Source: Promethearchaeota archaeon (GTDB taxonomy: Archaea > Asgardarchaeota > Lokiarchaeia > Sigyniarchaeales > SOKP01). From it: a stretch of DNA of 64,000 nucleotides. Below the pieces are notes generated by a model. That model did not search any database and had not been told where the DNA came from. It was given only the letters and a program-made list of their open reading frames with translations. This document shows positions 50,987 through 60,511 of the stretch, piece after piece. The position numbers and the translations under genes are program-made. The DNA is taken from assembly GCA_019058245.1 (NCBI GenBank), contig JAHPZJ010000024.1, forward strand, positions 1 through 64,000, given 5' to 3'. Numbering within the stretch: position 1 is the stretch's first letter; the number at the start of each line of letters is the position of its first letter.

Positions 50987-52072
50987 ATGGAAAGAATAAT
51001 TTTAACACATTGGTCCACCTCAACAGGTCCAGAGCCTATATTGCAGTTTCCTCCTGAGAAATCTTTCCCTCCAAAAGATCTCTTCTTAAAGATATGGGCA
51101 AAACATGAACTAAACAAAGAAAACTCCGTAATTGAATTCACTCCCGAGGATAATGATAATAGTTATGTATCTGTTATACAGCAATTTGAAGGAGAAGTTT
51201 ACTTCCTTATTTTGGAGTATAATAAAGAAGATATCCATGATGATATTGTTAAAGAATCCCCAGAAATTTTAGCTCTTATAAGTAAAAATTTAGTTGAGTT
51301 GATCAATACAAATAAGATCACTCGAACAATATCAGAAGCTTATAATACTATAAGAAATTATTCTAAATTAGATGAAGAGGAAAATTTGATAAATTTTTTT
51401 CAAGATAGAATCAAATATACAATATTACAGATACTTCGGAATGGGGCAATAACTAAATTAGAACTTACCAATATTTTAAGGCATGATTACGGATTTTCTA
51501 CTATAAATATTGATTTAATATTAATTTCATTTTTTCATGAAAATTTATTAAAAAAAAAAAGTGTTCCTGGAAGTAAAGAATGTTTTTTTCTGATAAGAGA
51601 TCTTTCCTGTACTAGAATCCCTCCTATTAATTTGCCTAAAAATCAAATTAAAGAAAGTTTGTTAAAAAAACTTAAAAACTCTTTAACAAATTATTACCAA
51701 GATTCCAATATGATTTCAGATTTTGAAAACAAAACGTTGCTTCAAACGGTTCTCTTTAATAAAGAGGTATTTTCTTTAATTAAAACTCTAAGAGATCAAT
51801 ATCTAACCGTAAATGAAAGTTTAATTGTGTTAAATAATAATGAAGAACTTTTCAATGAGCTTATTGACAAGAAATTTATTTATGAAGCAGAGGGTTTTGT
51901 TTTTCTTTTTTCAGACGTTCGGTTTATTAAATTTAGTCCAAATTATATCATAGAGAAGTTAGTAGAAAGATATCAAAATCAAGATATATCTTTAAATGAA
52001 TATATAGCACATTTGAAGCTATTAACAGAACAATTTGAGGACCCTTTAGTACTAGATTATGAAATTGTCTAA
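50987..52072 (+). CDS. Longin/uDENN-like N-terminal domain plus winged-helix repeats
   Basis: IILTHWSTSTGPEPILQFPP hairpin; ILQILRNGAITKLEL and LIKTLRD...ELIDKKFI wH-like units; ATG at 50987. Confidence 0.6.
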   Translation: MERIILTHWSTSTGPEPILQFPPEKSFPPKDLFLKIWAKHELNKENSVIEFTPEDNDNSYVSVIQQFEGEVYFLILEYNKEDIHDDIVKESPEILALISKNLVELINTNKITRTISEAYNTIRNYSKLDEEENLINFFQDRIKYTILQILRNGAITKLELTNILRHDYGFSTINIDLILISFFHENLLKKKSVPGSKECFFLIRDLSCTRIPPINLPKNQIKESLLKKLKNSLTNYYQDSNMISDFENKTLLQTVLFNKEVFSLIKTLRDQYLTVNESLIVLNNNEELFNELIDKKFIYEAEGFVFLFSDVRFIKFSPNYIIEKLVERYQNQDISLNEYIAHLKLLTEQFEDPLVLDYEIV

Positions 52073-52102
52073 TAAATAATTTTCTAATACCTTTTATATA
52101 TT

Positions 52103-52819
52103 TTAATGAATCAAAATCGAGGATTTTGAGGATTTTTCACTTTTAGGAGCTCTCCCATCTCCATATAAATGATATAATCCAGCTCTTCGAGCAGTTTCAT
52201 AAAAACTACGATATATATTTTTCTCTTTATTAAACAAAGCACAAGTCTTATAAATTAAAGGATTCCATATATATAATTCGTGTCCAGGATCATACCATAG
52301 TCTTTCCTGTTTTAAAATCTGAATGAAATCTTTATCATCGATTATTTCCCTAAGATCTTGTTTATTAAGCATGAGTATTAACGGAATTTCTTGTATTAAT
52401 CTGTTGTTCGTTAAATTTTTTAATTCTAATAAGAATTCTATATTATCCTCAAAGAATTTTGTTTGAGAATCAATAACAAAAATTACAGAATCAGTTTCAG
52501 CATCAAGTTTATTAAAAACCTTAAATCTTAAAGAATGTAAATTTCTTTGCCCTGCTACTGTATATACTCTATAATATACTTTTTTCGTTTTTGTTGATTG
52601 AAAAATTCCTCTATCAAAATAAAGCGTAGCACCACTAGTTCTATCTATTTTTTGCAGATCGCTAACAGGAATTATTTCTCTATTACCATCCTTAGTTAAC
52701 TTATAGAGAGTCTCCAATATTGTAGTTTTTCCACATCCCGCCATCCCATAATAAACAATTTTAAGAAAGATGTTGCCATCAATTATTTGAACCATTAAAA
52801 TCTTTGTCTTTAGAAACAA
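52103..52819 (-). CDS. MglA-like small GTPase
   Basis: KIVYYGMAGCGKTT, TLYFD, YTVAGQ, FVIDSQ, NKQD. Confidence 0.85.
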   Translation of the reverse strand: MFLKTKILMVQIIDGNIFLKIVYYGMAGCGKTTILETLYKLTKDGNREIIPVSDLQKIDRTSGATLYFDRGIFQSTKTKKVYYRVYTVAGQRNLHSLRFKVFNKLDAETDSVIFVIDSQTKFFEDNIEFLLELKNLTNNRLIQEIPLILMLNKQDLREIIDDKDFIQILKQERLWYDPGHELYIWNPLIYKTCALFNKEKNIYRSFYETARRAGLYHLYGDGRAPKSEKSSKSSILIH

Positions 52820-52973
52820 TATATTTATTTAAGATATTATATGGAAATTTATAGATTTAAAGATATTGTCTAGTTTATATTAATTTTAGAAATCCAATAA
52901 TTTTTTTACAATGAATAATGATTCTCCCATAGAAAAAGGACTTATGAAATTAAAAGCTGTAAAATAAGAAATC

Positions 52974-53489
52974 ATGGATAAATATACTGATGCAGACTGG
53001 AATTGGGATTTTTTTAAGGAGCTTGTAGATGATGTAGATGAAAATAAAAATATTATTGCCTGTATCAGCTGTGGAAAATGTGTAGGAGATTGTCCAGCAT
53101 CTAAGATATCTAATTTTAATATCCGGAAAATTATTCAAAAGATCCTTAGAGGAGATAGGAGTGTTTTAAAAGACTCTGATATATGGTTCTGTTTTCTTTG
53201 TGAGCGCTGCAAGCGTGTGTGTCCCAAAGAAAATATTAATATACCACTACTCATTTTAAATTTACGGAATGAATCATTTAAGAAAGGTTATGGCCCTAAA
53301 TATAATGACCTTACTAAATATGTAGAAATGTCGGAAAGGTTTCTAACAAATGGAACTGTTTTGGACAATCCTTTAGGTAAAGAACTTCCGCAAGATCGAG
53401 TTGATGAGTTAAATGAAATTTGTAATTTTGCACGTATTAAATATGTCTTTAAGGCAAGTAAAAACAAAAAACAAAAAAAGAAAAAATAA
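52974..53489 (+). CDS. hdrC: Heterodisulfide reductase subunit C-like
   Basis: CISCGKCVGDCP, WFCFLCERCKRVCP; upstream of hdrB. Confidence 0.85.
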   Translation: MDKYTDADWNWDFFKELVDDVDENKNIIACISCGKCVGDCPASKISNFNIRKIIQKILRGDRSVLKDSDIWFCFLCERCKRVCPKENINIPLLILNLRNESFKKGYGPKYNDLTKYVEMSERFLTNGTVLDNPLGKELPQDRVDELNEICNFARIKYVFKASKNKKQKKKK

Positions 53490-53521
53490 ATAACTAAAAA
53501 TTTAAGATTAAAAAAAAAATA

Positions 53522-54535
53522 ATGGAATCTCAAAATTTAGTATTAGATCTTGAAAAAATTGAGAAAGCTTATCCAGAAAATCCTATAGAATTCTTTAAAG
53601 GAAAAAAATTATGTCTTTTTAAAGCGTGTCTTGAAGCCTATTTCCCAGGCGTAAGGTGGGGTATCCAAGATTTATTAGAAGCGTTAGATATTGAAGTTGT
53701 CACATGTTCTCAGCAATCATGTTGTAGTGGAACATTTTTCCAGCGGAATTTAATCACAAGATCACAGTTTTCAGCAATAAATGAAAGAAATCTAAATGAG
53801 ATGAATCATCAGGCAGATATTGTCTTGTTTAGTTGTAATGGATGCTACAATTCGGTGTTAAGAGGTCGAGATTTTCTAAAAGTCCCAGAAGTTAAAAAAA
53901 AGACTCAAGATATTTTAGAGAGCCTTAAAAAGAAAGATTTAGGCGAGAATTATCCGGGAAAATATGATATTTTAGATAATACAGAATTAAGACTTGTGCA
54001 TGATTTGGATTTTTTATATTTATTAAAAAGTAATGTTCTTGATTCCCTAAAGTTTGATTTAAAAGGTCTTAAAGTGGCAGTACATTATGGATGCCATTAT
54101 TTAAATTTGGAAAGAGATAAAGATACTGTTGAAAGCTATTTAAAAGATAAAAAAAAATTAGATGAATTTGTATCTTTATTTGGTGGTGTTCCTGTTGATT
54201 ACCAAGAAAAAGAATCATGTTGTGGATGGGGGGCATCTCAGATAGTCTTAAATCCTAAAGATGCATTAAAAGTTACTTTTAATAAATTAAAGAGTGCTGA
54301 AGATGTTGGTGCTGATTTTATATTAATGCCCTGCCCAACTTGTTTATATACTCTAAGTAAACCCGAATACCGAGAAAAAATGTTTAAGTGGTTTGGAGAA
54401 ATGTTAGATATTCCCACTATCCATCTAAATGAATTAATAGCGATATTACGTGGATGTGAAGAAGAACGCTGTATTACACTTAGACGAAAAACTCCACGTC
54501 TTGAAGAAATTTTTAATATTATTACAAAAGAGTGA
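53522..54535 (+). CDS. hdrB: Heterodisulfide reductase subunit B-like (two CCG domains)
   Basis: SCCSG..SCNGC; VHYGCH..CCG..PCPTC. Confidence 0.88.
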   Translation: MESQNLVLDLEKIEKAYPENPIEFFKGKKLCLFKACLEAYFPGVRWGIQDLLEALDIEVVTCSQQSCCSGTFFQRNLITRSQFSAINERNLNEMNHQADIVLFSCNGCYNSVLRGRDFLKVPEVKKKTQDILESLKKKDLGENYPGKYDILDNTELRLVHDLDFLYLLKSNVLDSLKFDLKGLKVAVHYGCHYLNLERDKDTVESYLKDKKKLDEFVSLFGGVPVDYQEKESCCGWGASQIVLNPKDALKVTFNKLKSAEDVGADFILMPCPTCLYTLSKPEYREKMFKWFGEMLDIPTIHLNELIAILRGCEEERCITLRRKTPRLEEIFNIITKE

Positions 54536-54712
54536 TCTGTAAGAAAAAAGGCTTTTTTTAAATAGCAATGCAAAATAAAAGATTATTTATTAGTTTTACT
54601 CAGTAAATCTTATTTAAACTTTTGCTGACCTGATAATTTAAAATAAATTTCTTTTTTTAAATTAATAATATTAAAAAGAATATTATTAAATTCATTAAAA
54701 TTCTTAGATTTA

Positions 54713-55858
54713 ATGAAAAAGAAATTAGATACCCACTTTGCCCCTGCAGAACGGAAGAGTTTAGAAGAAATTAGGGAAGAAGTAAAAGAATTTTTTAAAT
54801 CTTATTTTGAGGAAGTTCTTAATTCAATTCCAAATATGGCGCTTATAGTTAATAAAGAGCGCCAAGTAGTTTTTTTAAACCAGACTGTTATTGAACTATT
54901 AGGTCTTAAAAATATAGAAGATGTCATGGGTTCGAGACCAGGAGAAATATTAAAGTGCATTCATTCACAAGATTATATTCATGGTTGTGGTACTAGTCAA
55001 AATTGTCGTTATTGTGGTGCTGTTAATGCGGTAATTGAGAGCTTGAAAACCAATAAAAAAGCATCATGCGAAACACGTATTACATCTAATTTTGATGGAA
55101 ATATAATTTCATTTGATCTGAATATAACAGCACAACCATTCAATTTAAAGGGAAAAAAATTTGTTATTGTTTTTCTATCGGATATTAGCAATCAGAAACG
55201 TCGAGAATTATTAGAGACAACATTTTTACATGATTTACTAAATTTATTAACAGTTATAAAAGGCTTTATGGACATTTTTCCACTTGAAGGCTTAAATTCA
55301 ACACAAAAAGATTATTTAAGTAGAATAAAGAATTCTCAGCAAATTTTAGTTGAAGAATTCATAGCTCAAAGGGATCTTATAGCCGCCGAAAAGAATGAAC
55401 TTGTTATTCATTTCAATAATTATAATTCCTAAGAAATTATAAATTCAAGTCTAGACCTCATAAAATGTCAGAACATAGCTAAAGGAAAAGAAGTTAAACT
55501 TGATAATAATTCTGCATCAGTCACGATCCAAACAGATTTTAGATTATTATCTCGTGTATTGTTAAATCTTCTCAAAAATGCATTAGAGGCTAGTACTACT
55601 GGAGAAACTATAGACATTGGGTGCTCTCTCTCAAATCAAACTATAGTTTTTTGGGTCAAAAATTCGGGTGCTATGACAGAAAGTGTAAAGAGTCAACTCT
55701 TTCAGAGATCTTTTTCAACAAAAGGATCCGGAAGAGGAGTAGGTACATATAGTGTGAAATTACTTACAGAGCGATATTTAGGGGGAAAAGTCGATTTTCA
55801 ATCCTCAATACAAGAAGGGACTATTTTTTATATATACCTCCCATTAAAAAAAAAATAA
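54713..55858 (+). pseudogene. PAS-domain sensor histidine kinase interrupted by one in-frame TAA (55430-55432)
   Basis: ORFs 54713..55432 and 55559..55858 share a frame and the gap is open. PAS + FLHDLLN (H box) precede the stop; NLLKNALEA, FSTKGSGRGVG (HATPase) follow. Confidence 0.85.
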
Positions 55859-55903
55859 CTTTATAGAGATATTCCTCTATTGTTTAATTTATATTTAAAG
55901 ATT

Positions 55904-56299
55904 TTACATTTCTTCTATTGCATATCTAGGACAGGAATCTAGACATAATAAACATCCGATACATCGCTCATAATAAAATTTTAATCTTTTTTCACTGTCA
56001 AAATTCAAAGCATCAGTAGGACATAATGAAATACAGGCACCGCAATCAATACACTTCTCCGTATCAATAATTATTCTACCTTTTTTATTTACAATAATAT
56101 TATTTTTCTTCAATGATTCTGTTATAGATTTTATTTTATCATCTGGAATATCAATTAAAAGATTAATTCCACTAGTACCAGTGGAAAACTTAAGAATATT
56201 TAGAGTAATATCAAATTTTAAAATTTCATTTATAAATCTAGAATAATCACTAATATCTTTTATTACACCAAAAGGTAGGGTAATGTTCATTACAGTCAT
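55904..56299 (-). CDS. NIL-domain ferredoxin, partner of homocysteine synthase
   Basis: NIL motif, CIDCGACISLCP, CIGCLLCLDSCP; directly downstream of DUF39-CBS. Confidence 0.88.
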   Translation of the reverse strand: MTVMNITLPFGVIKDISDYSRFINEILKFDITLNILKFSTGTSGINLLIDIPDDKIKSITESLKKNNIIVNKKGRIIIDTEKCIDCGACISLCPTDALNFDSEKRLKFYYERCIGCLLCLDSCPRYAIEEM

Positions 56300-56304
56300 T
56301 TTTT

Positions 56305-57777
56305 TTAGATCAACTCCTCTGAAGTTATGATACCTACTACTTTTTTATTTTCATCAATAACAGGCAACGCGGAGATATAATTTTGCTTCATTCTTCTTGC
56401 TGCGACATCAATTGGGTCATTATCAGATGTAGTAATTACCTTTTTTGTTATGATTTCCTTAATATCCGTTTTTTCTTCAGCAATAGCTTTTGTGATATCA
56501 AAACTCGTGACTATTCCTTTAAGGGTATTTTCTCTGTCTGTAATAACGATGTGATTCATATTATGGTTGATTATTCTTTTTGCGATTGTTTTTAATTCAC
56601 AATCATCATAACAGATTATTGCCTTTCGTTTTAAATCTTTTACAAATTTTATTTCCAAGATTTGCTTCATTGGTTTAAAAATGGTATCAGTAGGCAATGT
56701 TTCTGCTGGTTGATTTAAAAAGAATTTTCCTTCTTGAATCCATTTTTTAAGGGTTTCAGCGATTTTTCTAGCATAATATTGTGAGGACATTGATGAGCAT
56801 TTTACTTTTTTGCCATTCAATTCAATATATTCATTTCTCAATTCTTCATAGGTAATTTGTCTGAGTTTTGGTCTATCTCTTCTCGGTATACCATAATCCA
56901 CGATATCAGTTAAGAGTTCAGAATCACTAATAGCTGTTTTTTTAGCTAATCCTTCATTTAAAATCGGGATTGGTATTCCAAGACCTACAAATAAAGATGT
57001 ACCATACTTCTCAAAAGATACTCCTCTTAAATATTCGGAGTTCATTTGTTTCAAATCACCCTTAACAAATAGAGTTCCAAATTGGTTTGTAGGGCTATGT
57101 TGTGTACCTTCTCCAATAATATACCCACTTCCACCGCCTAAGAATATCTTCGTTCCAATTCCTATTGTTTCGTAGTCAGGATCATTGCTTAATGGACTTA
57201 AACACCCAGCTCCCGCATAATGAGCATTTCCATAATGAGGTAACAACTTCCCCATGTAAGTATATAAAGACCTATCAGAACTATTTACAGCACATACATA
57301 CCTCTGATATGCATTTCTGGGATTTAGTAAGATCGCTTGGTTTATTTCATCCAATGTAAATTCAGTATCTATTTCTGCTAAAGGATAACAATCTGTAGTA
57401 TAGGAATTTCCTCGTAACCTTATAGATTTTCCAGAAACAAGATCTTCAATTACGTGACCTCCACCATATTCAAACCGTCTTACATCTGACATTCTAGTAC
57501 AACCGATATAACAATCTACCGCAGCATTTCCATGATATGCTTTAACATCATTTAGCCATAAATGTTCAAATTTAATGGGAGGATCTGAATGTCCAAAATT
57601 TAAAAAAGCGCCACTAGAACACATAGGTCCAAAAGTACCGGTAGTAACTACATCGATATCTTCAGCAGCTACCTTAATTCCATCTTCTTCTACTATTTTT
57701 ATCATCTCTTCAGCTGTAACAACAACAACTTCACCACTTTTTATTTTTTGATTAATTTCATTATAAGTTTTTGTCAA
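56305..57777 (-). CDS. DUF39-CBS L-aspartate semialdehyde sulfurtransferase (homocysteine biosynthesis)
   Basis: VDVVTTGTFGPMCSSG-like motif, YGGGHVIEDL, NPRNAYQ, LYTYMG, NDP..TIGIG; C-terminal CBS pair. Confidence 0.92.
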   Translation of the reverse strand: MTKTYNEINQKIKSGEVVVVTAEEMIKIVEEDGIKVAAEDIDVVTTGTFGPMCSSGAFLNFGHSDPPIKFEHLWLNDVKAYHGNAAVDCYIGCTRMSDVRRFEYGGGHVIEDLVSGKSIRLRGNSYTTDCYPLAEIDTEFTLDEINQAILLNPRNAYQRYVCAVNSSDRSLYTYMGKLLPHYGNAHYAGAGCLSPLSNDPDYETIGIGTKIFLGGGSGYIIGEGTQHSPTNQFGTLFVKGDLKQMNSEYLRGVSFEKYGTSLFVGLGIPIPILNEGLAKKTAISDSELLTDIVDYGIPRRDRPKLRQITYEELRNEYIELNGKKVKCSSMSSQYYARKIAETLKKWIQEGKFFLNQPAETLPTDTIFKPMKQILEIKFVKDLKRKAIICYDDCELKTIAKRIINHNMNHIVITDRENTLKGIVTSFDITKAIAEEKTDIKEIITKKVITTSDNDPIDVAARRMKQNYISALPVIDENKKVVGIITSEELI

Positions 57778-57839
57778 ATAATCACCAGAATTTTTCTATT
57801 ATCATATTATTGATTTTTATTTTTATGAGAAGAATAATA

Positions 57840-57889
57840 TTATGCATCTTAATAAATAGAGAGTATAATAATATTCCCTAGATGCATAA
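57840..57889 (-). promoter_or_regulatory. Inverted repeat / hairpin upstream of the homocysteine biosynthesis operon
   Basis: TTATGCATCT (57840-49) and AGATGCATAA (57880-89) form a perfect 10-bp inverted repeat, with an imperfect inner stem on the minus strand. Confidence 0.5.
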
Positions 57890-58002
57890 ACTATGCACGA
57901 GATGACTATTTGTTTCTATAATAAAGAAAAAATAATTGTGAAGAATTATTTATATTCTTATTAAATTTTCCATATTTACATCGTAGATAAAATGAGTTTA
58001 CT

Positions 58003-58920
58003 ATGACAAAAGAAAATGTTAATAATATCTCTTCGAAACGGAAGATAATTGCTATATTCTTATTGATTCTTACTACTGTACTTTGGGGAACTTCATTTAT
58101 TATTACAAAAAATATAACAGAAGATGTCCCGATTTTTCTCTATCTAGGTATTAGATTTCTAATTGGATTTATTGGATTCATTCCTTTCTTTCCACGTTTA
58201 AAAAATCTTAATAAAAAAATTATTCTAATGGGATCTATCACAGGATTATTATATTTTTTTGGAATGGTTTTTCAAACTTATGGACTTCAATCAACTACTG
58301 CAGGTAAAACAGGTTTTATCACAGGTTTAAGTACCGTGATTGTTCCTTTTATCACATGGATCGGATTTAAAAAACCAATTAGAATAAGAGTATGGTTTGC
58401 AGTTATACTTTCAATCATTGGAATGGCCTTTTTATTATTAGAAGGTGCCTCTAAATTTATTATTGGAGATCTTTTAGTATTAGTGTGTGCAATTATTTTT
58501 GCTTTTTATATCGTGCTAAATGATAAATATGTTAATCTCAGTGATGTTTATCTTTATTCAATTGTCCAGGTTTTAATAATTTTCATATCCAGTTTTATTT
58601 GTTCTCTATCCCTCCAAGAATCTTATAATTTAGCATCTGCTCACCCCTCATTTTGGTTTGTTATGCTTTATATGGGTATTGCTGTTATGACACTTACAAT
58701 TCTCTTTCAAAATTGGAGTCAGCAATATCAAGGACCAACGACAACTGCAATCATTTTCACGCTTGAACCTGTATTTGCAGCTTTATTTGGATATATAATA
58801 GGAAATGAGATGTTATCAACATTCGGTTGGATAGGTTGTATACTAATTTTTATAGCAATTCTTATTACAGTTATTAAAAATAAAAATAGTAATTATAAAA
58901 ACAATAAATTCACCCTTTAA
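58003..58920 (+). CDS. EamA/DMT family transporter
   Basis: LWGTSF, GDLLVL, IFTLEPVFAA; ~10 TM. Confidence 0.9.
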   Translation: MTKENVNNISSKRKIIAIFLLILTTVLWGTSFIITKNITEDVPIFLYLGIRFLIGFIGFIPFFPRLKNLNKKIILMGSITGLLYFFGMVFQTYGLQSTTAGKTGFITGLSTVIVPFITWIGFKKPIRIRVWFAVILSIIGMAFLLLEGASKFIIGDLLVLVCAIIFAFYIVLNDKYVNLSDVYLYSIVQVLIIFISSFICSLSLQESYNLASAHPSFWFVMLYMGIAVMTLTILFQNWSQQYQGPTTTAIIFTLEPVFAALFGYIIGNEMLSTFGWIGCILIFIAILITVIKNKNSNYKNNKFTL

Positions 58921-59138
58921 TAGACTCTGGACTTTTTAATTTCGTATCTTCTTTCATTTTGATATATTGAATTATTAGTACGTGAGGAAATCCAAAAGAA
59001 TTTACTTAACGATTTATTTAAATAAATATATCTTTATATAATAAATAAGGGTCGGTTTATCGGTAAATTAATATAATGTCGGTATTATTTACTGATCAGA
59101 CTTTTTGATAGAAAACCTAAATATTCGTGATATCTCCT

Positions 59139-59297
59139 ATGACCGCACCTAAATTAAAAGCAAAAGATTTATCTATATGTACAAAGTGCGGTAATGTAAT
59201 GGTAAATAGAGTAATACGGACTACCAATTCGGATGAAGTAGTATTCCAAAAAGTATTACAATGCATCGTTTGTAGATATTGGATCGCTCAAGATTAA
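59139..59297 (+). CDS. Uncalled 52-aa zinc-ribbon protein
   Basis: MTAPKLKAKDLSICTKCGNVM...VLQCIVCRYWIAQD; two CxxC motifs; GTGA SD-like motif upstream. Confidence 0.78.
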   Translation: MTAPKLKAKDLSICTKCGNVMVNRVIRTTNSDEVVFQKVLQCIVCRYWIAQD

Positions 59298-59462
59298 CTT
59301 CTTTAGCAGATCTTTTAAAAATTCTTAAATTAATTGGAATCTAATAATCTATAATTTGGATTAATAATATTGTTCAAAATACATAGTCATTATTCCGTAT
59401 CATTGACACATAATAAAATATAATAGGATAATTTTTATATTAATAAAACTAATATTTAGTAA

Positions 59463-59609
59463 GTAAGGGAATCTATCAGACAATTTGCGTAAACATTGGA
59501 TAGATTATCTCATGTCGGGAGATCGCCAAAATTCGCCCTCTATTAAACTCGAATGAGTTTAATTCTCTCCCTAATTTTAAAAAATTGGCGCAAATTTCTT
59601 TTCCCTTAC
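59463..59609. ncRNA. Candidate structured non-coding RNA (~150 nt), family unrecognised
   Basis: Several complementary segment pairs including a 9-bp closing stem; 36% GC over 59461-59610 versus 13% in the preceding 60 nt (hand count); lies between convergent genes. Confidence 0.6.
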
Positions 59610-59692
59610 CTTTTCTTAAATATATCAGAAAAAAAAACTAATTTTTAGAGTTTTCTCTCTCTAAGAAATAATTTTTGAGAAGCGGATTAATT

Positions 59693-60499
59693 TCATTTTA
59701 AAAGTTCTCTAATAGTTATTTTTAATCCATCTTCAGCAGCAATAACATTTTTTATATTAGTATTATCTTGAAGTTTTTTTACTTGGCTAGGGACATAATT
59801 TTTTGTCGATCGAGGGCTATCCATATAGGATCCAAAGTGATTAATGATAAGAGTATCAAGAGGAGGGTCAATATTATTTAAATATGGGATAACTTCATCA
59901 GTACATAAATGTCTTTTACAGACAATTGAGTCTGGTCGTAAAAGATTAAGGACTAATACATTTACTCCTGAAAACTCTTCCGAAAATCCATCATATACCA
60001 TTGTATCACTTGAAAATGCTAACGTATAATTTTTAAGCTTAAATATCACTCCAAAGCCTTCAGTTGTAGGAGAATGAACAACCTTAGTTGCTTTAATTTC
60101 CACTCCATTATAAGTAAATATATCTCCTTGTTTGAATCTAATAATTTCTTCAAGCATGTTAAGATGATAATCAGAAATATATTGCAGCATTTCATTTGTG
60201 GTAATTAGAGTGCCTTTCTTATAGTAATTATATTTTTTATCATGCAACATTTCTCTTGAACTTTCTATTATAGCACTTAAATCGTTATAATGATCAACAT
60301 GGGCATGAGTAACTATGAAAAGTTCAGTTTTAGTAGGATCCTCTTGATATTGATTTATTCTTACTATAGCTCCGGGTCCAGGATCTATATGAGACTGAAT
60401 CTTATTGAATTTATATAAAATTCCTCCAGTGGCTCTATATTGGGTCCTAATATGATGTCGACCACCTCCAGAACCAAGAAAAACTAACTCATCATTCAT
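59693..60499 (-). CDS. MBL-fold hydrolase (RNase Z/PhnP-like archaeal family)
   Basis: FLGSGGGR, IDPGPG, THAHVDH, SSDT, HL, NHFG. Confidence 0.85.
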   Translation of the reverse strand: MNDELVFLGSGGGRHHIRTQYRATGGILYKFNKIQSHIDPGPGAIVRINQYQEDPTKTELFIVTHAHVDHYNDLSAIIESSREMLHDKKYNYYKKGTLITTNEMLQYISDYHLNMLEEIIRFKQGDIFTYNGVEIKATKVVHSPTTEGFGVIFKLKNYTLAFSSDTMVYDGFSEEFSGVNVLVLNLLRPDSIVCKRHLCTDEVIPYLNNIDPPLDTLIINHFGSYMDSPRSTKNYVPSQVKKLQDNTNIKNVIAAEDGLKITIRELLK

Positions 60500-60511
60500 G
60501 ATATAAAATAT

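Noticed and set aside
52974-54535. Evidence for methanogenesis
   Set aside because: HdrBC-like genes occur widely in non-methanogens; no mcr or mtr genes in the window.
55430-55432. TAA stop-codon reassignment suggested by in-frame TAA here and at 21981-21983
   Set aside because: Many intact genes in the window end in TAA at their natural C-termini, so recoding is not supported.
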